Assembly: GCA_014238855.1 (NCBI GenBank)
Contig: JABAAH010000012.1
Location: 440-64,439 of the forward strand
DNA: 64,000 nucleotides
Source of the DNA: Planctomycetota bacterium
GTDB taxonomy: Bacteria > Planctomycetota > Planctomycetia > Pirellulales > UBA1268
Direction: 5' to 3'
Both the position numbers and the translations under genes were made by a program. Positions 20,373-31,300 of this stretch are shown here, piece after piece (within the stretch, counting starts at the first letter, position 1; every line of letters starts with the position of its first letter). Under the pieces are notes generated by a model that saw only the letters and a program-made list of their open reading frames with translations, was not told the origin of the DNA and ran no database searches.

Positions 20373-20951
20373 AGCCGTCGTGCTGGCATACTTGGGCCGG
20401 GTAGTGTTCTTACAGTGTCAGTGAACGGAATCGAGACATCACCAGTGACTCGTGGTGTTTAGATTTTAGAGCGGATTCTTGGAACACCCACTCCTCCCTC
20501 ATCGGATGATGTGCCTGCCATAGACCCGAATATTCGGGGTGTGAAAACTATCAAGTCCCAGCTTGAGAAGCATCGTTCCTCGGCTCCATGTAACGAATGT
20601 CATCACAAAATAGATCCACTCGATTTTGCCATGGAATGTTTTGATCCGATTGGGTGAACACGAACCGCATACGATTTGCGTGGAAAAAGAAAGGTTGATA
20701 CGGCGGGAGTCTTGCCGAGTGGTGAATCGTTCTTAAATCTTGCGGAACTAAAGGAAATATTGGTACGTCGCGGACCATTTTTTGTACGAACGCTTGTCAC
20801 ACATCTTTTGACTCGCGCTCTTGGACGTCATATCGAAGCAGAAAATCGATTTGATATAGATAATATAATGAAGACAGTAGAAGATGGCGCTTCCTGGTTT
20901 CGAGATCTTGTTGTAGCCGTTGTTACTTCAGATCTTTTCGATCGCCCATAG
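20373..20951 (+). pseudogene. Relic of DUF1592/DUF1588(PSCyt3)/DUF1585 planctomycete protein
   Basis: One frame reads RRAGILG.GSVLTVS.NG.ETSPVTRGV*ILERILGTP.P...DVPAIDP.IRG.KTI..QLEKHRS...CNECHHKIDPL.FAME.FDPIG*TR, continuing into the 20676-20951 ORF. Stops are TAG 20460-20462 (expected Trp) and TGA 20655-20657 (expected Arg). The 5' part of the gene is missing. Confidence 0.85.
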
Positions 20952-20963
20952 AGACCGTATGAA

Positions 20964-21629
20964 ATGATCATATTTCTTTCGGAGAGTTACAGAATGGTAC
21001 ACCATCAATTTATGTTATGTCTTCTTGCAATGTGTCCAGCAGTGATTGTTTCTGGAGGGGATATCAGAGATTCACTATCAACCGAAAAATTTGAAAATAG
21101 AGCAGCGGAGCGTGGCAACTGGTCATTTCAAGAAGGGATCGCTTCAGTTTTTTCTGATCCAGAGTTGTATAAAAAATACACAAATCACGGTCCAATATTA
21201 AAATGGGAAACGAATTGTTCTCAAGGTACGACAGCCTTTGACATGAAATCTACAGATTGTCAGCGGGTCGTTTTTACCCTCAATGGTGATGGTCATATCT
21301 TTAGGATTTCATTGATAGACCATGAAAAGGCAATGAATTCGTTCCAGAAAAAAAGTAAGTCGCGGATGATAGCTTGGGCTGAAAAATCATCAAAGGCAAA
21401 CAAAGGAGAATCACTTCAACCAGATGGATTTCCATCGCTTGGAGAACTCAATAATAAATGGACGCACATATCTGTTGCTGTTCGAGAAAATACAGCATCA
21501 ATCACAATCGGTGATTTTCAGACAAGCATTACACACAAAGCAATGCAGCGAGATAAAGAAGAGATTACTATCTCATTTGCATCTGGTAGTTTTCAGCTTC
21601 GCGACTTCACGTTTCAGGAAAATAAATAA
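20964..21629 (+). CDS. Secreted hypothetical protein, possible concanavalin-A-like/DUF1080-like beta-sandwich
   Basis: Signal-like N-terminus; GNWSFQEG, KWTHISVAV and ITISF...SFQLRDF beta-strand pattern. Confidence 0.55.
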   Translation: MIIFLSESYRMVHHQFMLCLLAMCPAVIVSGGDIRDSLSTEKFENRAAERGNWSFQEGIASVFSDPELYKKYTNHGPILKWETNCSQGTTAFDMKSTDCQRVVFTLNGDGHIFRISLIDHEKAMNSFQKKSKSRMIAWAEKSSKANKGESLQPDGFPSLGELNNKWTHISVAVRENTASITIGDFQTSITHKAMQRDKEEITISFASGSFQLRDFTFQENK

Positions 21630-21717
21630 GCCCGTTATGCATTTCTGGACACCAACGTCAACGGTATTGAGAAGTGAAGTTCCTAAAATTTTAAAACAGT
21701 TGAACTGTTGGTTTTGA

Positions 21718-22764
21718 ATGAAAGTAAGAGAAATGTCATTTCAATATGCACTGTCTGTATGCGCTCAAAGTATTCTTTTGTTGGTATTTATCATAAGGCC
21801 AATATACGCCTCTGATCCCGTTCGCATGGGCTGTGGTGTTATGACTTTTGATACCGTTCCGGGCTGGGGTCTGAATGCTGAGGGAAATCCACAAATTGGT
21901 CCGACACATGGAAGCGTTGTTGTAGACAGTCAAGGGCAGATTTACACAAGTTCCAATCTTGGAATTTTTGTTTTCTCACCAGAAGGAAAGATCGTGAAGC
22001 GGTATCTAGGGAAAGACTATACAGCAATTCACGACATGAAAATGCGAAACGAAGGTGGGCAGGATTTTATATATGGTGCACGAAATCAGGCTGGTGAAGG
22101 AATAAAGTTTGAAGCTGCAACAGGTACAATCGCACTACGTTTTGGAATTCCCAGTAAACAAGAGTGTGGACTTGAGATAGAGAAATGGGCTCCAACGGCA
22201 ATTACGGTTGGACCTGATCACGATATCTATCTTGCGGATGGCTATGCGAGCAATCGTATTTTTAGATTCAGTAAAGAAGGCAAGTACCGCTCTCACTTTG
22301 GAACTAAAGGGAACGGCTTAAAGGAATTTAATACTGCGCATGGCATGACTCTTGATGATCGATACGATCCGCCACGACTCTTAATTTGTGACCGAAATCA
22401 TAAGCCTAAGGGTCGATTGGTACATTACGATCTTGATGGTAGATATATCGAAGAGGTTATTACCGGGCTTGGTATGCCAACGTCCGTAGCCATTCTGGGT
22501 GACTATGTGGCAGTGCCAGATCTCCACGGACGAATTGTGATTCTCGATAAAAGCAACACGATCATAGCAGTGCTAGGATCGAATACAGATCCCAAGACTC
22601 GGGGCAATTTTAAGGTTCCACATGAGCATTGGAAGGAGGGGATATTTAGTGGAACGCACGGTTCATGCTGGGATGCCAGTGGCAATCTGTATGTTCAAGA
22701 CTGGAATAGCTCTGGCCGGATTATGAAACTTGTCCGAGTATTTCACGATCAGACCGAGATGTGA
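21718..22764 (+). CDS. NHL-repeat beta-propeller protein (peptidyl-alpha-hydroxyglycine lyase-like)
   Basis: PTAITVGPD.DIYLADGY...I.RF...GKY...FG.KG.G..EF.TAHG, ICDR.H, FSGTHG..WD..GNLYV.DW. Confidence 0.8.
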   Translation: MKVREMSFQYALSVCAQSILLLVFIIRPIYASDPVRMGCGVMTFDTVPGWGLNAEGNPQIGPTHGSVVVDSQGQIYTSSNLGIFVFSPEGKIVKRYLGKDYTAIHDMKMRNEGGQDFIYGARNQAGEGIKFEAATGTIALRFGIPSKQECGLEIEKWAPTAITVGPDHDIYLADGYASNRIFRFSKEGKYRSHFGTKGNGLKEFNTAHGMTLDDRYDPPRLLICDRNHKPKGRLVHYDLDGRYIEEVITGLGMPTSVAILGDYVAVPDLHGRIVILDKSNTIIAVLGSNTDPKTRGNFKVPHEHWKEGIFSGTHGSCWDASGNLYVQDWNSSGRIMKLVRVFHDQTEM

Positions 22765-22792
22765 TCGAGCATACGTCACCACGTGACGACAA

Positions 22793-24832
22793 CTATTGAT
22801 CGGGAACAGGGCCCCCCACATTCTCTTTCTGAGGCGGCTTACCGCCGGTCATGGTGAGATAGAAGGGTTCTGGTAAGGCTTCTTTGTCACTTCTTAAAAA
22901 TTGACTGAAGATGAGACCATCTTCAGGCCATTCTATTGTTGCAGTGAGACGTGCACGCACCCAGATTGTTTGGGATTCAGCCACGTATTCAGAAACATCA
23001 AAAAAATTACCACCAAACCCACCATGGTTCGCAGCACGGGTATCGAGATTTGTCCATAGTTTTCCATCAGGTGAAATATCGAGTGCAGCAATTGCTCCTG
23101 GGTCGTACGGCGAGGGATCGCCAGTCGTCCAAACTTTAATTGTTGCTTTGAGTGTCGCGTTTCGAATCAAAAAAGGGGCATCAAACTTAAAGATGACGAC
23201 ACCCTCTTTTTCCGACACTGTGGGACGAATAAATGTGCAGGCACCGGCGGAATGTTCGGTATAGCTTTCTACATCGTTCATGGAAACGAGATGTTGTTTC
23301 CATGAATCATCGAGAAGATTAAAACGGACATCTTTAAAAGGAGGCATTGTCCAAGTCGTTGTATATTCCTGTCGAAGGCGGTGCCCGTTGATGTTTTGAG
23401 GAGTGGACCGAGTCCCACACAATTTGAGGATGTACTCGCCTTCCTTTGACGTAAGTTCCTCAAGACCACTAATTTCCCATGCAGTTCGATTACCAGAGAC
23501 TGTGACATTCTTGAGGGGTACGTCACGGCCATCACGGAGCAGTTGGAAGTCAGCGGTTGTAAGACTGAGGATGGGCTCGTTGAATCCTAAATGCAGCCAC
23601 CTGAGCGGAGTCGTCCTATAGCTGGATACTCCAGCAAATTGGACTTCGAGTAATTTATTATTTATCGAAGCAGTAGGTGTTGGAGATACGCTAATTTTGC
23701 TCGCTTGAGGCAATACGTTCGAGAAATAAAATAGAGACAACATGACCAAGAGCACGGTAGTTGACGCTGTGATAGATGAATGTCTTTTAAAATAAAGGAG
23801 ACTTCGTTTCAGCAGTGTCTGCGGTTTTGCTGCGAGAGGCTGACCAGAAAGAAGAGCATCAATATCTTGTGCAATTTTTTCAGCATTCAGGTATCGATCG
23901 TGGGGGTTTTTTGAGAGACATTTTTCAGCAATGATATCAACTCCAGCACGGAGTTTTTTCTCAGAAACACGAAGCCTGTTTGGTGGCTGTTCGTGGATAA
24001 TCCGGGCCGTTTCGAGAAACGACGCATCCTTGAGATCATACGGGAGCTTGCCGGTAAGAATTTCGTGCAGTATGACGCCAAGAGAATAGACATCACTCCG
24101 CGAATCAACTTTCCGTCCGGCACATTGTTCGGGGCTACTATATTGGCGAGTTCCAAGAAACGTACCAGTTTCAGTTGTATCATCATCTTGCTCTATTCGA
24201 GCGATGCCAAAGTCAATAACCTTTGGATAGCCAGTGGAATCAACGAGTATATTACTTGGCTTGAGATCACGATGAATCACAGAACGTGCGTGTCCGTAGG
24301 CTACAGCTTTACATACAGATGAAAAGAGACGCAGGCGTTCTACATTTGACAAGCGATGGTAGTTGGCAGCTTTCACCAAAGGCATCGCATCTTGAACAAG
24401 TTCCATTACAAAGTATGGAAAAGTCTCACCATGCTGTTTGATAGATCCAGCGGTATAGATTTGCGCAATTCCAGGATGGGAAAGTTGTCCTAAGAGTTCC
24501 GTCTCGCGTTGGAATCGCTGGAATGCACGTGGTGATCGATGGCTTGGTCGCATGACTTTGACAGCGACGTCTCTCTCAGGCAATCGCTGTCGCCCTTTAT
24601 ACACACGACCCATACCACCTGATGCGAGGAGCGACTCTATAACGAAATCTCCAAGATCAATTCCAAGAAGAGAATCAGTCTGCTCGACAACAGTTTCTTC
24701 ATTACCTAAGCCAAAATCTGTGGTCCGTCTTGATAGTTCTTCAATCGAAGGGACGGTGTCATGATTATCAACAGGTAGTGATTCGTTGGGATTCTCAGCA
24801 CTTGGCAACTGTTGCTTTGGTCGGATTTCCAT
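22793..24832 (-). CDS. Membrane-anchored Hanks-type Ser/Thr protein kinase with extracellular C-terminal domains
   Basis: GGMGRVY, VAVK, HRDLKPSN, IDFGIA, GT.QYSSPEQ, SDVYSLG; TM segment VLLVMLSLFYF; beta-rich C-terminal region. Confidence 0.92.
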   Translation of the reverse strand: MEIRPKQQLPSAENPNESLPVDNHDTVPSIEELSRRTTDFGLGNEETVVEQTDSLLGIDLGDFVIESLLASGGMGRVYKGRQRLPERDVAVKVMRPSHRSPRAFQRFQRETELLGQLSHPGIAQIYTAGSIKQHGETFPYFVMELVQDAMPLVKAANYHRLSNVERLRLFSSVCKAVAYGHARSVIHRDLKPSNILVDSTGYPKVIDFGIARIEQDDDTTETGTFLGTRQYSSPEQCAGRKVDSRSDVYSLGVILHEILTGKLPYDLKDASFLETARIIHEQPPNRLRVSEKKLRAGVDIIAEKCLSKNPHDRYLNAEKIAQDIDALLSGQPLAAKPQTLLKRSLLYFKRHSSITASTTVLLVMLSLFYFSNVLPQASKISVSPTPTASINNKLLEVQFAGVSSYRTTPLRWLHLGFNEPILSLTTADFQLLRDGRDVPLKNVTVSGNRTAWEISGLEELTSKEGEYILKLCGTRSTPQNINGHRLRQEYTTTWTMPPFKDVRFNLLDDSWKQHLVSMNDVESYTEHSAGACTFIRPTVSEKEGVVIFKFDAPFLIRNATLKATIKVWTTGDPSPYDPGAIAALDISPDGKLWTNLDTRAANHGGFGGNFFDVSEYVAESQTIWVRARLTATIEWPEDGLIFSQFLRSDKEALPEPFYLTMTGGKPPQKENVGGPVPDQ

Positions 24833-24979
24833 AATTATGCTCGTTCATCCAACGTATAGAAGCACGCCCAGGCCCCAGCATTTGAGAGAATAAATTATCT
24901 TTGAGCTCTTTACCAGCATAAACACTGAGCAAATCGAAATATTCCAGGAAATCTGTTGGCCGGATAAACTACAAAGACT

Positions 24980-27900
24980 ATGCCACTTTCTATTCAATAT
25001 ATTGCCAGTTTGGATGCCATTGTTGATGAGGCCGTTGAATTTCTGTCTCAGCCAGTAGATTTTTTTACAGCCTACAAAATTGTATTACCCACGATCGGAT
25101 CTCGTAGTTGGCTTGCAGATGAACTAGCAAAAAGACTTGGATCGACATCAGGAGACCTGGGTGATGGCATAGTTGCCGGAGTAGACTTTTCTTACCCGGG
25201 TTCTTTGTCGCGACTGATTGGATCATGCAAAGATGCGGATGATCCATGGTCTGTGCAACGACTCACATTTACAGTGTTAGACATTCTTGCAGAGACGCCG
25301 CATTATGATTGGCTTGTCCAGCAAGCAGGGGGCCCGTTGCTTGCAGCCCGACGAATTGCTGACAGGTTTGACCGATATCATTTTCGACGGCCAGGTATGA
25401 TTCTGGCTTGGGAAAATGAAAAGCCAGTACTCGCGCCGATGGCTGGTGAAGTGAGTGCGTCTGGTGAGCAGATGCTTGTATCGTTAGGGCGGAGTGATCG
25501 TTGGCAATTTGATCTCTGGCAATTGGCTCGGGCTGCTATTGATCAGCCAAGTCCACCAACTCGGGATGCAAATGCCCAAGGACCGGTACCATCAGCAGTT
25601 TTGGTAGCAGGACTGGAAGGGCTGGCTTTTCATCAAATCGAACTCCTGAAGAAACTTGCAACGCTTCGAAGTGTGAAAGGAATTCAGTGCAATGTCAAAG
25701 TGTTGCTTGTGCATCCATCGTCTCCCCTTCGTATTCAATGGGAGCAAACAGCACCATCGGAAACGCTTGGATATCCACCGAAAAAGCAAGAAGTAGATGT
25801 GTTGCAGGCCGGTGATTCTCTGGTGACTTCGTGGTTGCGAGGAACACAAGAAGCTCAAATGCTTCTTGCATCTCAGGGCCTTACCCCTGCTCACATGGTT
25901 CAGAAAGAAAATGATAAAGAGAAAAAGCCAGCAACACTTTTGAAAATACTACAGCAAACAATTTCTGATGGTATCTGCAGCACGGAAAATGTTGATGTTC
26001 AAGACGAATCCGTACGGATTCATCGTTGTCATGATCTTAGCAGGCAAGCAGAGGTACTCCATGACGCACTTTTGCACTCATTTAAGCAATACAAAGATCT
26101 TTCTCCTCATGATGTTCTTATTGTGAGTCCCCGTATTTCTGAATTAGCACCCCACCTTGAAGCTGTATTTAGTAGGACGCTGAAAGGAAAAGGTCATGAG
26201 ATCGAACTTCCACTTGTGATAGCTGATCGAGGAATTCGTGAAGTGAGTGAAGGAGCAGAACTGCTTGTTGCTTTACTCAAACTGGTTGGTTCACGGTGTT
26301 CTGTTGAAGACATGTTGGCTGTGGCGACGCACCATCTGGTTCGCAATCATTATGACGTCGATGACAATACACTAGAAGTCTGGAAACGCTGTATCGAACG
26401 TACACGTATTCGATGGGGTATTGATGGGCCGCGTCGAAAGCGAGATGGACTTGATCAGCCAGAGTTAGCGGCGCATACATGGTGGCAAGGTTTAGAGAGA
26501 ATGTTGCTGGGCATTTTGCTTCCAGACGGTGCGCCAGAAGTGGTACTCGGTGGTATCGTGCCGTTAACTGGTGTGGATACCTCGGATATCGAATCACTCG
26601 CACCACTTTTATCAATTGTGCGTGTGATTGATGCCCTCGATCGTCTTGTTAGGAATACCCATTCAGTACGTGATTGGTGTGACCACATCGAACAAGCATT
26701 AATTCAGCTCGTTGGGGATGATACAGATGCATTGGAAGTTGCAGTCCATGAACTTGATCACTTGCGCCGATGTGCAACTGAAACCAGAGTGCCATATCAT
26801 GATATTAAAACTTTTTTGGTAACAACTTTGACGGCTGCAGTTGGTCACCAACCCCTGCGTACTGGTGCAATTACAGCAACTTCTATGATTCCACTTCGTG
26901 CAGTTCCGTTTCGGGTAATATGCGTTGCAGGATTTGACGAAGATGCTTCTGAATCGTCTGTCAATGATAGTGATGACCTTGTTGAACGGCAGCAACTGCT
27001 GGGCGATAGTAATCCACGAATCAATATTCGCCGTAGCTTTTTAGACTGTGTTTTGGCAGCCGGCGACCAATTAGTAATAACATGCACCGGTATGAGTGTT
27101 TCTACAAATGTGAGTTTGCCTCTGATAACACCGCTTGCTGAATTTGTTGATTTTGTCAGCCGGCATGGTGTGCCCATTCAGACAAGAGATGGTGAGGAAT
27201 ATAGCGATATCGAAGTGTTTCATCCTCGACATGCATGTAGCCATGAAAACTTTGTAATGAATGGTATCCGGCCAGACGCAGTATGGAGCCATGATCAAAA
27301 AGCTTTACATGTAGCAAAAGTATTGGGAGCAACGCCTCAACCTGTGCCGCTCAGGTGTACCTTACCACCACCCCGAACACTCCTTGAATTAACTGCACTT
27401 GCGGCATTTATGCATGACCCACTGTGGCCATTTGTACGTGAAACACTGGCGATTAATCCGTGGCGAAATGACAACATTGAAATTCCCGCGACTCTCCCAC
27501 TCGAGCTATCACAGTCTGAGCAACGTGAATTACGGGACAACTATATTCACCAGTTTCTCAACAGTGATCATAGTAAAGAATTCGAGCATACTTGGACGGA
27601 GTCTGTTCAAGCAGATGGTGATGTTCCGATTTGGGGCTTCGGTGAGTCTGCGATACGAGAAATCACAGCATTTGCTGAGGCTGTCGTTCAACAGACAAAT
27701 GACGATGGACTGTCGCTTTTGAATAGGCAGGCAGAAATGCTTCGTGTCGAAGTGAATAATGTACAGATTTCAGGAACACTTCAGGCCAGCAAGGACGACT
27801 CGACTTCACTTATTTTTCTTGTTCCAGGGGCAAAGACGACGGCACAATTTCAGAGGCCCAAGTATCTTGCGCTGGGACAATTACTCTTGGCGAAGGCTGC

Positions 27901-28336
27901 TGGTATACCAATAACTCGTGCCTGCGTTTACAGCCAGCATGAAAAGTGGTCACCCAATGCAGTTGATGCCAAGGGAAAACCTCGTAAGGCTGTTATGGTT
28001 CGTGAAGTTATTCTCGACACGAGTGTCAATAGCCAGACGGCCAAAGACCTTCTGGGAACTTTGTGTGATCTTTATCAGCAGGCAGCCGCAAGCGCTTACA
28101 GCAGTTTTGGCAAGGCTGCTGCAGAATTTCTAAATGATCAAAATAAATCGAAAAAAACTTTTAATTCTTTTGTTGCTCACAAATCTTTTGAAAAAAGTCT
28201 TGAAGTAGTTGTCCATGGTCGAGGTCCGGTGTTCGATAATGTCTTTTTAGATCATGAACGACATAGAAAATTCTTTAATTCATATGTTGCTCTTACCCAT
28301 TTCAAGCCACGAACAAACATGTATTCTCCAGAATGA
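24980..28336 (+). CDS. recC: Exodeoxyribonuclease V gamma subunit
   Basis: LPTIGSRSWL..ELA..LG....GDGI.AGVDF, FDRY...RP.M..AW, LL..LQ..I, D.SVRIH.CH...RQAEVL.D.LL, IRWGID, HTW..GL.RMLLG, IPLRAVPFRVIC..G, FHP. First gene of recCBD. Confidence 0.88.
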   Translation: MPLSIQYIASLDAIVDEAVEFLSQPVDFFTAYKIVLPTIGSRSWLADELAKRLGSTSGDLGDGIVAGVDFSYPGSLSRLIGSCKDADDPWSVQRLTFTVLDILAETPHYDWLVQQAGGPLLAARRIADRFDRYHFRRPGMILAWENEKPVLAPMAGEVSASGEQMLVSLGRSDRWQFDLWQLARAAIDQPSPPTRDANAQGPVPSAVLVAGLEGLAFHQIELLKKLATLRSVKGIQCNVKVLLVHPSSPLRIQWEQTAPSETLGYPPKKQEVDVLQAGDSLVTSWLRGTQEAQMLLASQGLTPAHMVQKENDKEKKPATLLKILQQTISDGICSTENVDVQDESVRIHRCHDLSRQAEVLHDALLHSFKQYKDLSPHDVLIVSPRISELAPHLEAVFSRTLKGKGHEIELPLVIADRGIREVSEGAELLVALLKLVGSRCSVEDMLAVATHHLVRNHYDVDDNTLEVWKRCIERTRIRWGIDGPRRKRDGLDQPELAAHTWWQGLERMLLGILLPDGAPEVVLGGIVPLTGVDTSDIESLAPLLSIVRVIDALDRLVRNTHSVRDWCDHIEQALIQLVGDDTDALEVAVHELDHLRRCATETRVPYHDIKTFLVTTLTAAVGHQPLRTGAITATSMIPLRAVPFRVICVAGFDEDASESSVNDSDDLVERQQLLGDSNPRINIRRSFLDCVLAAGDQLVITCTGMSVSTNVSLPLITPLAEFVDFVSRHGVPIQTRDGEEYSDIEVFHPRHACSHENFVMNGIRPDAVWSHDQKALHVAKVLGATPQPVPLRCTLPPPRTLLELTALAAFMHDPLWPFVRETLAINPWRNDNIEIPATLPLELSQSEQRELRDNYIHQFLNSDHSKEFEHTWTESVQADGDVPIWGFGESAIREITAFAEAVVQQTNDDGLSLLNRQAEMLRVEVNNVQISGTLQASKDDSTSLIFLVPGAKTTAQFQRPKYLALGQLLLAKAAGIPITRACVYSQHEKWSPNAVDAKGKPRKAVMVREVILDTSVNSQTAKDLLGTLCDLYQQAAASAYSSFGKAAAEFLNDQNKSKKTFNSFVAHKSFEKSLEVVVHGRGPVFDNVFLDHERHRKFFNSYVALTHFKPRTNMYSPE

Positions 28337-31300
28337 AACTTAACCTCGCGAATGATCAGATTCGTAATGGCATGATCGTTGAGGCGAGTGCTGGTACGGG
28401 AAAGACGTATGCCGTTGCTGCACTCGTGGCCCGGGAATTAGCTCTCCGTGATGACCTGCGGATTGGCAATATTCTCATAACAACGTTCACCCGTAATGCG
28501 GCAATGGAGTTGCGGCATCGAATCCGACAGCGGCTCATTTCAACGGTAGCAGATCTACGGGGTGCAGGTTCTCATTCAGCTGACGCGGTTACTGATGTAT
28601 TATTCGATATCGATGAGCCAGAACGACTGAAGCGAGCGTTCCGTCTCGAACGATCTTTGGTTGAATTCGACACAGCAACAATTTCAACAATTCACGGTGT
28701 CTGTAGTCGGGTGCTTAGGACAGCAGGTGTTGATCTTGAAACAGTAGTTGATGCTGAGGAAACGAATCGTATTGTAAGCGAAGTTGTAAACGATGAGATT
28801 GTGAGCGCTGCTGCATCGGGACTACGTTGGGACGAGGTGACATTACGATCATGTTTGACAACATTATTAAGTGACCCTTTTCTTGAAATGTGGTTTGATG
28901 AAAAAGAGATAACCGATCAATCTGTGATAGATCGTCTGCAGAACCTGAAGGAGTTGCTAGCCCAATGCGTACAGCGCGTTCACAATGTAATGGCAGCAAC
29001 ACCAGATTCAAATGATCTTTTGCGACGTGCATGTGACCTCGTAAAAGATCCACAATCTGTTGTAGTGAAAAGATTACGACAGCGTTTTTTAGTAGCGATT
29101 GTTGATGAGGCACAGGATACAGATCGCCTGCAGTGGGAGTTTTTTACACGGCTGTTTCCAGGCGATGATAAAAGATCATTAGTAAGTGTAGGCGATCCGA
29201 AGCAGGCTATTTATAGTTTTCGTGGTGCTGACGTGCAGGCGTACGTTAATTTTACGAAGAAAGGAAAAAATCATCGAACTCTTTCCACAAACTGGCGTTC
29301 CGATCAGCCTCTTGTGGAATGTCTCAATAAAGTATTTTCAGAAACAAGCTTTGGAGAAGGGATCACATATAGCCACGTTACTGCTTCGAGTAATCACCAG
29401 ACTTCATGTCTGGTAGGGGATGTAGAACCCCTCGAAATGATTCATGCAGGCGAGACAGACAGCCAACAATCACTCGTCGAGCCAGCTGTTAGAAAAGTCA
29501 TTCACTTGTTGGATCAGGTGCAATTAAATCTTCCTCATGCGACGGCAGCACGTGCTTTGGTGCCCAGTGATATTTGCATTCTGACTCGCACCGGAAGTGT
29601 AAGTCGTATGATTGAGCGGCGACTTGCTCAAGTAGGTATTCCAGCGGTGAGTGGTGGTACAAGCAGTGTGATGACGGGCCGTATGGCATTTGACCTAAGG
29701 CTTCTTTTTGAGGCTATTGAGAAGCCTGCCAGCAATGGTCATATACGGAGGGCGGCCGCGACATGTTTTTTTGGCTACGCTCTATCGGAGAGCGGTCTTC
29801 TCGATGATGCTGTAATGAATCAGGTGCAGGAAGAGCTTATGAAGCTCTCGGTTGTACTCGTGCGTCATGGTATTGCGGCTTTTGGCGTGGCGATTGAACA
29901 AGAAGTGTCCATGATGGAGCGTGTCGTTGCGGGTTCTGACGGTGAACGAAATCTCACAGATTTCCTTCATATTCTTGAAGCACTTGATGCGATTGGCCCA
30001 TCCGGAGGGTGTAGTCCCCAGCAGGCTGTCGAAACAATCGTTCGCCTGTCAAAGAAAGACCCAAGGCATGATCTTGTCAGTCGTCGCATTGAAAGTGATG
30101 CTGATGCAGTACGAGTACTCACAATGCATTCGGCGAAGGGTTTGCAGTTTCGATGCGTTATTGTGGCGGATCTTTGGAAGCCAGCGATAAAAAATGTATA
30201 TGCTAAATCCTATCCAACGATTTTTTATGATGATGATGGCAGACGTAAAGTAGATATAGGATTTGCTGTTGAAAGAGTATCAATAACCGCACGCCAGCGA
30301 CAGCATGAGGCAGAAGATCAGGAGGCAAAAAGACTTTTTTATGTAGCTGCGACACGTGCTGAACACTATTTAGGAATTCTGCTAGCTGATGGAAAAGTAC
30401 CGAGTATTATCAACCAATCATTTTCATTTCCGGATGTATATGTTTACTCAAGTGATCTACCAGCACAACTTGAACGCAATCTGAAGACAGTGACATCTGC
30501 AAATGGTATGACCAATGCTGCTTTGCCGCCTGTAGTGCGTTCTTCACGAAGGATGTCCTTTAGTAGCATCATCGCTACTCGTAGTTATGAAGATATCTAC
30601 CGACCAGAACGTGGTGGGTATGACGAGCACGCTATGCAAACTACGAGTCAACCATTGTTGTCTGAATCTGATGACACGGCAGGTCAGCAGGTCATAGATT
30701 TTCCAGCAGGTGTGGCTGTTGGTAGCACCATTCATCAAATATTCGAAGAGATAGACACGACGATTATACCTCTTGAGGAAGAAATCCAACGAATTGTAAA
30801 AGATAAAATTTCAAACGGGAGACTTAGGCATTTTGGTGAAAACCTTAGCAAGATGGTGCAAGAAACACTGACAACACCACTTGGTGGGCCCTTTGGAAAT
30901 GATCGTTTAGTAGATATCCCACCTTCACGCTGTATACCTGAGATGGGTTTTGAAATGGGGCTAGGGGGACAGCAAAAAAACATAAAAGTGTCTTCTGTAG
31001 GCAAAGTTCTTAAGGGCTGTTTGTCACCTCAGGACTCTCTCGCAAACTATGCTGAAATACTTTGTGGTCCAGCTTTTGAAATACCAATAGGGAGCCTTCT
31101 CACCGGATCAGTTGATGCGGTGCTCGGGCTACCGGACAGTCGATCGGATCATCCAAAATTGGCAATTTGTGACTACAAAAGCAATCGTTTGCATACGGCT
31201 GGAATGGAAAATCCTTTGCAAGCCTACGCACCAGAACGAATCGTTCAGGCGATGGAGATTCATCATTACCCATTGCAGGCAATTCTTTACGGGACAGCTC

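Noticed and set aside
20460-20657. Stop-codon recoding (pyrrolysine TAG or selenocysteine TGA) in the DUF1588-like frame
   Set aside because: The stops replace expected Trp and Arg by single transitions, other conserved residues are also degraded and the 5' part is missing, so this is decay.
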